Notes under the pieces: generated by a model
Told to the model about the DNA's origin: nothing
Databases searched by the model: none
Seen by the model: the letters and a program-made list of their open reading frames with translations, nothing else
Source of the DNA: a virus
Lineage: Duplodnaviria > Caudoviricetes
IMG/VR virus record: IMGVR_UViG_3300035703_000115
Location: 1 to 56,995 of that record
Reading direction: 5' to 3' (one strand)
DNA: 56,995 bases
Part shown: positions 1-8,289 of the stretch, in pieces
Layout: every line of letters starts with the position of its first letter
How positions within the stretch are numbered: the first letter of the stretch is position 1
Position numbers and translations under genes: made by a program

Positions 1-1
1 A

Positions 2-697
2 ACTGGATGGACAAACGACGGGTTTAATCTGGGTTCTGAAGCGCAATACAACGCATCTGGTTTGTCCATCATAAATTGGTGCCTCCTCCGCGCCCCCGGC
101 TTCTTTGATGTGGTTTGCTATACGGGGGATGGGGTTGCGGGGCGCACCGTGACTCACAATTTGGGTGTTGCGCCTGAGATGATGATTGTTAAACGCAGGG
201 ATTCTGCTGGGTCATGGCCTGTTTATTACGGTAACGCAGGTGGAACCATACTGTTAAACAGTAATGGAAACGCAATTGGTGGCCCGTGGAACGATACAAG
301 TCCAACATCCTCCGTATTTACAGTATCTAGTTCGTCAGATGTAAATGCCAGTGGCGCAACTTATGTAGCATATTTATTTGCGTCTTGTCCGGGAGTTAGT
401 AAATTTGGATCGTATACGGGGACAGGCACAACTTTGCAAATCAACTGCGGGTTTACTAATGGTGCAAGATTTGTACTAATCAGAAGGGTGGCATCATCAA
501 GTGACTGGTACGTCTGGGACACCGCAAGAGGCATCGTTTCTGCCAACGATCCGCGCTTGAGTCTCAATAGCACCGCCGCTGAAGTCACCACAGACGACAG
601 CATTGACCCGGACTCCAGTGGATTCATCGTGAATCAGGTTGCTGCCACGAACATCAACGTCAGTGGCGGTAGTTACATCTTCCTTGCCATCGCATAG
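2..697 (+). CDS. Tail/receptor-binding-type virion protein, 3' part (5'-truncated at contig edge)
   Basis: Frame is open from base 2. Repeated FFDVVCYTGDG / GSYTGTG and DTARG motifs match the same family as the ORF starting at 56758. GC is lower than the rest of the genome. Confidence 0.65.
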   Translation, partial: TGWTNDGFNLGSEAQYNASGLSIINWCLLRAPGFFDVVCYTGDGVAGRTVTHNLGVAPEMMIVKRRDSAGSWPVYYGNAGGTILLNSNGNAIGGPWNDTSPTSSVFTVSSSSDVNASGATYVAYLFASCPGVSKFGSYTGTGTTLQINCGFTNGARFVLIRRVASSSDWYVWDTARGIVSANDPRLSLNSTAAEVTTDDSIDPDSSGFIVNQVAATNINVSGGSYIFLAIA

Positions 698-705
698 AGG
701 GCCAG

Positions 706-1308
706 ATGACTCAATACATCAACACAGAAACCAACGCCTATCCGGTATCCGAGGCCCAGATTCGGGCTGAGTTTGTCAACACTAGTTTCACCGTGCCGTT
801 CGTTGCGCCCGAGCCGTATGTGGTGGTGTTCACGACGCCGCAGCCGCAGCACGATCAGGTTATCCAGGCGGTGCGTGAGGCTGCGCCCGTGCTGACCGAC
901 ATGGGCCACTGGGAGCAGCAATGGGAGGTGGTGCCTCGCTTCGTCGAGTACGCCGACGATGCCGGTGTTGTGCATACCGTTGCGGAGCAAGAGGCTGCTG
1001 CGATTGCTGCGGATCAGCAGGCCAAGGCGCAGGCGCTGCAAGCGTCCATCGTCGCTGCGGTGCAGTCCCGGCTTGATGCGTTCGCCAAGACGCGCAACTA
1101 CGACGGCATCCTGTCTGCTGCCACCTACGCGGCGAGTACGGTGCCAAAGTTCGCGCAGGAGGGGCAGTACGCAGTGCAGGCCCGTGATGCAACGTGGGCC
1201 ACGCTCTACACGATCTTGGCTGAAGTGCAGGCCGGTACGCGCCCCACCCCGTCCGGCTATGCCGACATCGAGGCCGATCTTCCGGTGCTTGAGTGGCCTG
1301 CTGCCTGA
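706..1308 (+). CDS. Tail fibre assembly/chaperone-like protein
   Basis: Follows the tail gene; C-terminal LDAFAKTRNYDGILSAATY...RDATW...LPVLEWP is typical of phage fibre-associated proteins; SD GAGG. Confidence 0.55.
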   Translation: MTQYINTETNAYPVSEAQIRAEFVNTSFTVPFVAPEPYVVVFTTPQPQHDQVIQAVREAAPVLTDMGHWEQQWEVVPRFVEYADDAGVVHTVAEQEAAAIAADQQAKAQALQASIVAAVQSRLDAFAKTRNYDGILSAATYAASTVPKFAQEGQYAVQARDATWATLYTILAEVQAGTRPTPSGYADIEADLPVLEWPAA

Positions 1309-1310
1309 CC

Positions 1311-1538
1311 ATGAAGCAACGCATCCTGTTCATGGCTATCGCCTTGGATCAATTCCTGTGGTGTTGGCTGACCCTCGGTCGCTACCACCCTGATGTCACG
1401 CTCTCGGCGCAGGCATGGCAGTGGGAGTTGGACGGCAAGCGTTCGGGGCCGCGCAAGGTCATTGATTTCATCTTTCGCCCGGTCGAGCAGGATCACTGCC
1501 GGGCCTCTTGGATTGCTGAAAAACAGGGAGCGGCTTGA
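1311..1538 (+). CDS. Small conserved phage hypothetical protein
   Basis: IALDQ...TLSAQAW...IDFIF...DHC motif; tightly packed in the operon. Confidence 0.6.
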   Translation: MKQRILFMAIALDQFLWCWLTLGRYHPDVTLSAQAWQWELDGKRSGPRKVIDFIFRPVEQDHCRASWIAEKQGAA

Positions 1539-1981
1539 TGGAGGGCCAGTCGAACAACGAGATCAGCCAAAGCCTGGCGGTTTTCCAGGCCGAGATGCGG
1601 GCCGAGTTGAAGACCATCGGCGGTGCCATTGACAACATCAATCGGCAGCTTGATTCCGTGGTCCAGATGCGCGATGAGATCACGCGCATGGCAAGCAACT
1701 ATGAGAACTGGAAGCAAGAGAAGGAAACGATGTGGCGCAAGGTGGATGGTCTGCGTGAAGACCTTGAAGCCTTGCGCGACAAGGAACTGGCAGAGGTCAA
1801 GCGTGAACTCCATGCGTGGGAGGGTGCGAGCAAGTTGGCCCGTGGTTTCTTTGGCGTGATGTCGGCGCTGTTCACCGCATCCATCACCTACCTTGCGGTG
1901 TCGATGGTGGACTTGAAAGTGATGGCCGAGAAGGTGCGCGTTCTTGAAATTCATGTGCAGCAGTTGGAGGCACGGCGATGA
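1538..1981 (+). CDS. Coiled-coil protein with one TM helix (holin/antiholin-like candidate)
   Basis: TGATG coupling; heptad-rich N-terminus followed by a hydrophobic segment; lies upstream of the lysozyme. Confidence 0.5.
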   Translation: MEGQSNNEISQSLAVFQAEMRAELKTIGGAIDNINRQLDSVVQMRDEITRMASNYENWKQEKETMWRKVDGLREDLEALRDKELAEVKRELHAWEGASKLARGFFGVMSALFTASITYLAVSMVDLKVMAEKVRVLEIHVQQLEARR

Positions 1982-2220
1982 CGAAGAATCTCGAACTCCC
2001 GAGCGAGGGCTACTACTCACCGCAGCAGTTGAGCACTCGCTTGTTCCAGTTGGACTTGCAAGTGGCTAACCTGGCCGCGATGGTCAAGCGCCTGTACCAA
2101 GAGGTACACGGCGACCACAAGCACATCAACGACATTGATGTGATGCTGCTTGACCTCCAGAACCAGATTCATGCGTGTCGCGCACTGCACGACAAAGACA
2201 TTGAGGGGGCACCAATATGA
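1978..2220 (+). CDS. Hypothetical protein
   Basis: ATGA overlaps at both ends; SD GGAGG. Confidence 0.55.
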   Translation: MTKNLELPSEGYYSPQQLSTRLFQLDLQVANLAAMVKRLYQEVHGDHKHINDIDVMLLDLQNQIHACRALHDKDIEGAPI

Positions 2221-2690
2221 TTGCTGAATCCATCCTGGGGGGCCTGCTTGGCGGCGTGCTGCGCCTTGCCCCCGAGCTCATCAAGTTCTTCGACCGCAAG
2301 GACGAGCGCAAGCACGAACTGGCGATGGCGAACGTGGAACTCACGATTGCCGAGAAGAAGATCGAGTTTGGTATGCGCCAACTCGACGCCGAGGTGGATG
2401 TCGCAACCATGCAGGCGATGGGCCAAGCCTTGAAGGGTCAGGCCGAGATGGCAAAGGCCGGTGGCAAGTTCATCAGCGCCATCAGTGCTGCTGTGCGGCC
2501 TGGGGTCACGATCTGGTTTGTGGGCCTGTACAGCGCCGTCAAGGTTGCTGTCATGGCAATGGCAGTCGGCCAGGGTGCGGCATGGCAGGAGGTCATCCTG
2601 CGCGCCTGGACGGCAGATGATGCGGCGATTCTCTCGGCCATCATCATGTTCTGGTTTGTGGGTCGGCCAATCGACAAGCGCACGGCATGA
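2217..2690 (+). CDS. Putative holin-like membrane protein
   Basis: LGGLLGGVLRLAPE start, VRP motif, two C-terminal TM segments ending FWFVGR; directly upstream of the endolysin. Confidence 0.6.
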   Translation: MIAESILGGLLGGVLRLAPELIKFFDRKDERKHELAMANVELTIAEKKIEFGMRQLDAEVDVATMQAMGQALKGQAEMAKAGGKFISAISAAVRPGVTIWFVGLYSAVKVAVMAMAVGQGAAWQEVILRAWTADDAAILSAIIMFWFVGRPIDKRTA

Positions 2691-3145
2691 ACATCGACCG
2701 CGCCCGCGAACTGGCCGAACCCCTCATCAAAGCGTTTGAGGGGTTGCACAAGCGCGTGGGTGCGATGGTCCACGCATACATCTGTCCTGCGGGCTACCCC
2801 ACCATCGGATGGGGAATCGTTGTGCCGAGCCTGGATGTGCCGCCCATCACGCCCGAGCAGGCCGATGCGAAGTTCTCGGCGGTGCTGCCCGCGTACATGC
2901 TCGACGCGCTCAAGCTCTCGCCTGTCCTGGCCGCTCACCCGGCACGGTTGGCCGCAGTCACCTCGTTCGTGTTCAACCTGGGCGCGGCCCGCTACAAGTC
3001 CTCCACCCTGCGCCGCCGCATCAACGCAGGTGAGTGGGCTGATGCCGCCGAGGAATTCGACAAGTGGGTCATGGCCGCAGGCAAGAAGATGCCCGGTCTG
3101 GTCAAGCGCCGCGCCGCGGAGCGTCAACTGTTTGAGGCCGCCTGA
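2687..3145 (+). CDS. Endolysin, GH24 phage lysozyme
   Basis: FEG...AYICPAGYPTIGWG, SFVFNLG and GLVKRRAAERQLF motifs. Confidence 0.93.
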   Translation: MNIDRARELAEPLIKAFEGLHKRVGAMVHAYICPAGYPTIGWGIVVPSLDVPPITPEQADAKFSAVLPAYMLDALKLSPVLAAHPARLAAVTSFVFNLGAARYKSSTLRRRINAGEWADAAEEFDKWVMAAGKKMPGLVKRRAAERQLFEAA

Positions 3146-3354
3146 TGGAAGAACTCGACATTGCATCAGAGCGTGAGCAGCTTGAGCGGGACTCGCTCGT
3201 GGCTGCCATCCGCAAGCGCCCGTCCAGTGGACTGCTGCCGTGCGGCCAGTGCCACTGGTGCGACAGCGCGGTTCAAGGGCAGCGGATTTTCTGCGACGGT
3301 GAGTGCGCAGACCAACACGAATTGATGCGCCGCAGGGGCGCAATGAAGGGCTGA
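3145..3354 (+). CDS. DksA/TraR-like C4 zinc-finger protein
   Basis: N-terminal DIASERE helix plus CHWC...FCDGEC. Confidence 0.6.
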   Translation: MEELDIASEREQLERDSLVAAIRKRPSSGLLPCGQCHWCDSAVQGQRIFCDGECADQHELMRRRGAMKG

Positions 3355-3355
3355 T

Positions 3356-5587
3356 ATGGGCTTGATCTTCACGGGCGACTTTGCCAACTTCGACGCCAAC
3401 CAAAAGGCGGACTACTACAAAAGCCTGCAGGGCCTGGGCTACTCGGACGGCGAAATCCGACAAGCTGCCGAGGGCGTTGCCGGCGCGCAGACCGATGCCA
3501 ACTGGAATGCGCTCAAGGGGTTGGCGGACTCGCGCCCGGCCGGCGCCGCTTTCGCAACAGGCGTTCAAAATTTCGGAGCGCCGCAGAAGGCCCAGTTCTA
3601 CCGTGACCTGCGAACCTCGGGCCTGACAGATGGCCTGATCCGTCAGGCCGCCGAGGAATCATTCGGCGCGCAGACCGATGAGAACTGGAAGGCGCTGCAA
3701 GACATGTCGGGCTACGTCGCGCCGAAGAAGGCCGCGGCATCCCCTGCTGCATCTCCTGCGCCTGCCCCCGCCCCGGTGTTCACGGCTCCCCCAGTCGCCA
3801 CCTACCAAGCGGCGGTGGCGCAGCCGGCGCGAGACGCCACCTTCCGCGGCTACGACGCGGCCACGATTGGTGATTTGCCCAAGGCTCAGATCGAGCGCAT
3901 CGTCGTTGACGATAACCAGACCGTGCAGGGCCGCCTGCGTGGACTGCTTGCCGAGGACAGTCCGATCCTGCAGCAAGCCCGCGCACGCGCCCTGGCGTCG
4001 ATGAATGCGCGCGGCCTGATCAACAGCAGCATGGCAACAGGTGCAGCGGACTCCGCTCTGTACGACGCGGCCACGCCGATTGCCGCGGCAGATGCCGGCA
4101 CGTTTGCAACGGCAGCCCGGGAAAATGCCGACGCATTCAACACCAACTCTCGTTTCAACGTCGAAACGGAAGCGAACCGGCAGCGTTACAACGCTGACGC
4201 AACCAACCAGAGTCGCGCCTTTGGAGCCCAGGCTTTCAACACCGCCGAGCTCACAAACACCGGCCGACTGCAGGAAGTCAATCTGGCCAATGCCGGCTTC
4301 CAGAATTCCGCAGCCCAGTTCAATGCCGGCGCGCAGAACACCGCCAACCTCGCAGGCTTTGACGCCAATGTCCGAAGCAGTCTGCAGAACTCTCAGCAGC
4401 AGTTTCAGCGCAGTGAAAGCGCACTGGATCGCGCGCAGCAAACGAGCCTGCAGAATGCGGCGCAGACCTTCCAGGCCAGTCAGAGTGAGATTGATCGTGC
4501 TCAGCAAATTATGTTGGCCGACAAAAACATCACGGCGCAGCAGGCGTTGCAGCAGGCGCAACAAAAGTTCCAGTCAAGCGAGTCTGCCCTGGACCGCACG
4601 CAGCAGACCGCGCTGAACCAGGCGACCCAGGCATTCCAGGCGACTCAAGCAGAGAAGGACCGCGCCCAACAGATCATGTTGGCGGATAAAAACATCTCTG
4701 CCCAACAGGCACTGGAGCAGGCGCGGTTCACGTTCCAGGCGGAGCAGTCCGGTCTTGACCGCACGCAGGCCGCATCTCTGGCCGAGGCCGGTCGGGTGTT
4801 CCAAGCGTCGCAGGCCGAGAAGGATCGTGCGCAGCAGGTCATGCTTGCGGACAAGAACATCTCCGCTCAGCAGGCGCTTGAGCAGGGCCGGTTCATCTTC
4901 CAGGCCGAGCAGGCGGGACTGGATCGGACCCAGGCCGTCAATCTTGCAGAGGCCGGCCGCACGTTCCAGGCATCGCAGGCTGAGCGCGACCGGGCTCAGC
5001 AGATCATGCTCGCCGACAAGAACATCTCCGCGCAGGTCGCGCTTGAGCAGTCGCGCCAGACCTTCAGCAGCGTCGAGGCCGGACTGCAGCGGGACTTTGA
5101 AGCGAAGATGACCGAGCTTCGCTTCTCTCAGTCCACGACGCTCGGCTCGCAGCAGTTCGCCACCAATGTCTCTGCAAGCCTCAATAACCAGATCAGCGCG
5201 ATCCTCGCAGACGGCAACCTGACGCCGGAGTCCAAGGATGCGGCCATCAGCAACTTGGTCAAGTCGGCCAACTCCACGCTCGCCTGGGGTTCTGCGTTCT
5301 ACAAAACGCCGCTGCCGTCAGTAACAGCGCCCGGCGCCACGCCTGGGCAGACCGGCACAACGGCCACCACAGGCACAACGGGCACTTCTGGTGGCGGTCT
5401 TATCAACACCACGGTAGCCGGCCCTGGCGGTCAGGCCACGCAACTGCCGGACTACTTTTCAAGGTACGGTGATGTGGCTCGTGCCTACGAGTCGGAAAAC
5501 GCTGCCGCGCGTGGCATCACGCCGGAGCAGTACGCGCAGATGCACTACGACAAGTTCGGCCGCACTGAGGGCAGGGCAGCGCCGTGA
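3356..5587 (+). CDS. Putative internal virion/ejection protein with tandem repeats
   Basis: 743 aa, Ala/Gln-rich; RGLINSSMA motif; lies in the ejection-protein block. Confidence 0.6.
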   Translation: MGLIFTGDFANFDANQKADYYKSLQGLGYSDGEIRQAAEGVAGAQTDANWNALKGLADSRPAGAAFATGVQNFGAPQKAQFYRDLRTSGLTDGLIRQAAEESFGAQTDENWKALQDMSGYVAPKKAAASPAASPAPAPAPVFTAPPVATYQAAVAQPARDATFRGYDAATIGDLPKAQIERIVVDDNQTVQGRLRGLLAEDSPILQQARARALASMNARGLINSSMATGAADSALYDAATPIAAADAGTFATAARENADAFNTNSRFNVETEANRQRYNADATNQSRAFGAQAFNTAELTNTGRLQEVNLANAGFQNSAAQFNAGAQNTANLAGFDANVRSSLQNSQQQFQRSESALDRAQQTSLQNAAQTFQASQSEIDRAQQIMLADKNITAQQALQQAQQKFQSSESALDRTQQTALNQATQAFQATQAEKDRAQQIMLADKNISAQQALEQARFTFQAEQSGLDRTQAASLAEAGRVFQASQAEKDRAQQVMLADKNISAQQALEQGRFIFQAEQAGLDRTQAVNLAEAGRTFQASQAERDRAQQIMLADKNISAQVALEQSRQTFSSVEAGLQRDFEAKMTELRFSQSTTLGSQQFATNVSASLNNQISAILADGNLTPESKDAAISNLVKSANSTLAWGSAFYKTPLPSVTAPGATPGQTGTTATTGTTGTSGGGLINTTVAGPGGQATQLPDYFSRYGDVARAYESENAAARGITPEQYAQMHYDKFGRTEGRAAP
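4472..5060 (+). repeat. 165-bp (55-aa) degenerate tandem repeat, about 4 copies
   Basis: QASQAEKDRAQQIMLADKNISAQQALEQ units start near 4472, 4637, 4802 and 4967. Confidence 0.85.
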
Positions 5588-6024
5588 TTCAGCTTCGCAA
5601 AGCCAAGCTCTCCGACATCCCCGCGGTGGTGGACATCGCGGTGGAGTCGGTGTCTCGCAACCAGTGGCCGGTGGAAATCGACCGCGCGGCAATGGCCGAG
5701 ACGGCTCAGACGGCGCTCAACCCTGCCCATTTCCTGTGGGTGGCTGAAGCTGACGGCAAGGTGGTTGCCGCGTTCGGCGCAGTGGTGCAGCCGTCCTTTT
5801 GGTTCAAGAAGCTGTCGTGCTCGGTGCTGCTGTTCTACAGCCGAGTGCCGGGCGCCGGGCTGCCGCTGATCCGCGAGTTCATCCGGTGGTTCAAGGGTCG
5901 CAGTGCGATCAAGTGTGTGATGTGGGAGGTGGAGCAGGAGTGTGATCAGCGCATCGCCAAGTTCCTGCGCCGCGCCGGTTTCAATCGTGAGGCTCGAACC
6001 CTCACTTATGTAAGGGGGTTGTGA
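5584..6024 (+). CDS. GNAT-fold acetyltransferase-like protein
   Basis: LRKAKLSDIPAVV start, WVAEADGKVV, and FLRRAGF near the end. Confidence 0.65.
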   Translation: MIQLRKAKLSDIPAVVDIAVESVSRNQWPVEIDRAAMAETAQTALNPAHFLWVAEADGKVVAAFGAVVQPSFWFKKLSCSVLLFYSRVPGAGLPLIREFIRWFKGRSAIKCVMWEVEQECDQRIAKFLRRAGFNREARTLTYVRGL

Positions 6025-6791
6025 TGTCAAGAGCGGTCAAGTCAGTCGGCCGATCACTGGGCAAGGTGGTCAAGGGGGCGGCAAAAGTCCTGGTGCCGAT
6101 TTACGGTCTGACTCAGTCAAAGACTGGGCGCAAGATTCTCAAGGTTGCGGCTATTGCTGCGGCGGTGTACTTCGGCGGTGCTGCGCTCATGGGGGGTGTC
6201 GGAAGTGCAGCAGCCGGGGGCAGTTTCCTTAACGGAGCCAGTGCTGGCCTATCAAGTGCGGCCTCTGGCATCTCCTCGGCATGGACAGCCTTGGCGGGCG
6301 GGAGCGTTTCCGGCGCAGGCTCCGCCCTTGCCGGGGGCTTTACGGGGGCGGGGGCGGCCGGTGCTGCCACGGCTGGTGCGGCGACTGCCGCCGGCGCTGC
6401 CGCCTCTACTGCTGCGGCGGCATCCCCGTGGATGACGACCTCAACTGGCCTGAACGTTCTGGCCGGCGAAGCCGCGGGCGCAGGGATCGGTGCCGCCAAC
6501 GCAGCAACCGGCCTGGGCTACACCGCAGCCGAGATGGCTGCGCTGAGTTCCCCTGCGGCACAGGCTGCGGCAGCTTCCGAGGCTGCGCTTTCTGCCGGTG
6601 GTGCGGCCGCCAAGGGGGCCGGGATGCTGTCGTCGGCCTGGAACGCACTAGGCCCATACGGCAAGGCCGCGGCGATCCAGGTTGGCGGCGGAATGATTGG
6701 CAGCGCGATGCAAGCAAAGGGGCAGCAGCAGATGGTCAATGACGAGCGTGCCCGCTACAACCGCAACATCGGCACCCGCCTGTGGAGCTGA
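6024..6791 (+). CDS. Gly/Ala-rich internal virion (DNA transfer-like) protein
   Basis: Basic N-terminus and long Gly/Ala hydrophobic tract; follows the GNAT gene, as in P22-like ejection modules. Confidence 0.55.
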   Translation: MSRAVKSVGRSLGKVVKGAAKVLVPIYGLTQSKTGRKILKVAAIAAAVYFGGAALMGGVGSAAAGGSFLNGASAGLSSAASGISSAWTALAGGSVSGAGSALAGGFTGAGAAGAATAGAATAAGAAASTAAAASPWMTTSTGLNVLAGEAAGAGIGAANAATGLGYTAAEMAALSSPAAQAAAASEAALSAGGAAAKGAGMLSSAWNALGPYGKAAAIQVGGGMIGSAMQAKGQQQMVNDERARYNRNIGTRLWS

Positions 6792-6802
6792 AAGGAAACC
6801 AC

Positions 6803-7312
6803 ATGAATGGATTGATTCAGCAGGCACAGGGTCCGCAAAATCCGCAGATGCCGCAAGAGCCCCAGATGCCCCCGGATCAGGCCGAGCCGACAGACGCGGC
6901 AGGCCAAGGTGCGCCCGAGGATGACCCTGGATACGACCAAGCGATGACGTTCGCGATGGAAGTGCTCTACAAGCAGAAGGCCGCCATCAACATTGCCGAT
7001 TCCCTGAAGTCCGGCGATCCGGTGGAATCCCTCGCCAACACGGCATATGAGGTCGTTAGCATCGTTGACGAACGGACTGATGGCGCCGTGCCGGACGAAT
7101 TGCTCGTGCTGTTTGCAACGCGAATCCTTGAGGAAGTTGCCGAGATTGCCGAGGCCGCTGGGGTGGAGGTCAAGCCCTCGACCGTGGCCCAGGCTTTGAA
7201 GCAGATGATCCTGCGCTACCTGGGGGAGCAGGGCATTGACGCGCGCGAACTGCAGGCCGCGATGGATCAGGTTGATCCTGGCGAGTTTGACCGGATGGCG
7301 GAGGCAGCATGA
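6803..7312 (+). CDS. Hypothetical acidic protein
   Basis: SD AAGGA; GC3-rich codons; ATGA overlap with the next gene. Confidence 0.65.
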   Translation: MNGLIQQAQGPQNPQMPQEPQMPPDQAEPTDAAGQGAPEDDPGYDQAMTFAMEVLYKQKAAINIADSLKSGDPVESLANTAYEVVSIVDERTDGAVPDELLVLFATRILEEVAEIAEAAGVEVKPSTVAQALKQMILRYLGEQGIDARELQAAMDQVDPGEFDRMAEAA

Positions 7313-8277
7313 GCGGTCTTTTGTGGAGCGCCCTCGGCGGCGCGATTGCCAACGGCAGCAACGCATTTGCCAACGCCTACATCCGCGAGGCCGAAGAAGA
7401 TCGGCGCCGCGCGGACGAGGAGCGGCGCGAGAAGCGTGCTGACGACCGCGACGAGGCCAAGTTCCAGCGTCGCAAAGATGCCGAAGAAGCCGAGCGGATA
7501 AAGCAGGCTGGCATCTACGACCGCGCTGAGAAGAACGCTCCTGCGCTTGGCGATGAGCGCCGCTTCGAGAAGTTCCGCAAGGACGCCCGGGATGCGGGCT
7601 ACGAGGCCGACGACGCCACCCTGCGAGAGCAGTTCGATAAGACCTACAACCAGAAGGTTGTTGCCGGCTCCGACCGCTACCTTGAGCGCTACAGCAAAGA
7701 GCGCGAAGACGTGCTTAATGAGGTCCGGCGCTTGGGCGGTAGCAGCGACACCATCAAGCAGGCCCAAGTCGCCTACGACACGGCGCGAAAGATTGAGTCC
7801 GATGATGCGCGTGCGGCACGAGAAGAGCGGCGACTCATTCAAGAGCGACAGCTTGCCGAGGATCGTGAAGACAACCGCGAGCGCCGGGCCGAGAGGCGCG
7901 ATGAGACGATTCGGCGCGGCCAGGACATCCAGCGCGATAGGGTCTACGGAGGCGGAAGTGGTGGCCGCGGCAGCGATGGAGGAAAGCCTCCGACGGGCGT
8001 TGACCTTGAGCGCAGCGCCAAGGCTGCCGAGAAGCGTCTTGCCCTTGAGTTGGGAGTCCCGCTCAACCGCGTGCAGGAAGAAGTCACCCGCAGGAAGAAG
8101 CGCGGGGACATGACTTCTGAGCAAGAAGAAGCCTACACCGACTACCAATCTGCCCTTCGTAAGTGGCGCGAGTTCAAGCCTGGTTCCGGTGGCTCGACAG
8201 ACTCCCCGCCAACCAAGCCTGCTGGCAGCAAAGACCGCCCACCGCTTTCATCCTTCCAACTCCCCACAAAGAACTGA
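7309..8277 (+). CDS. Putative internal virion protein (charged coiled coil)
   Basis: 322 aa, E/R/D-rich; immediately upstream of the giant gene. Confidence 0.55.
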   Translation: MSGLLWSALGGAIANGSNAFANAYIREAEEDRRRADEERREKRADDRDEAKFQRRKDAEEAERIKQAGIYDRAEKNAPALGDERRFEKFRKDARDAGYEADDATLREQFDKTYNQKVVAGSDRYLERYSKEREDVLNEVRRLGGSSDTIKQAQVAYDTARKIESDDARAAREERRLIQERQLAEDREDNRERRAERRDETIRRGQDIQRDRVYGGGSGGRGSDGGKPPTGVDLERSAKAAEKRLALELGVPLNRVQEEVTRRKKRGDMTSEQEEAYTDYQSALRKWREFKPGSGGSTDSPPTKPAGSKDRPPLSSFQLPTKN

Positions 8278-8289
8278 GACAGGGTCACC

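Noticed and set aside
1-697. Diversity-generating retroelement target
   Set aside because: No reverse transcriptase gene and no template/variable repeat pair differing at adenines was seen in the window.
4472-5060. CRISPR-like or ncRNA array
   Set aside because: The repeats are in frame, vary at synonymous positions and have no unique spacers; they are protein repeats.
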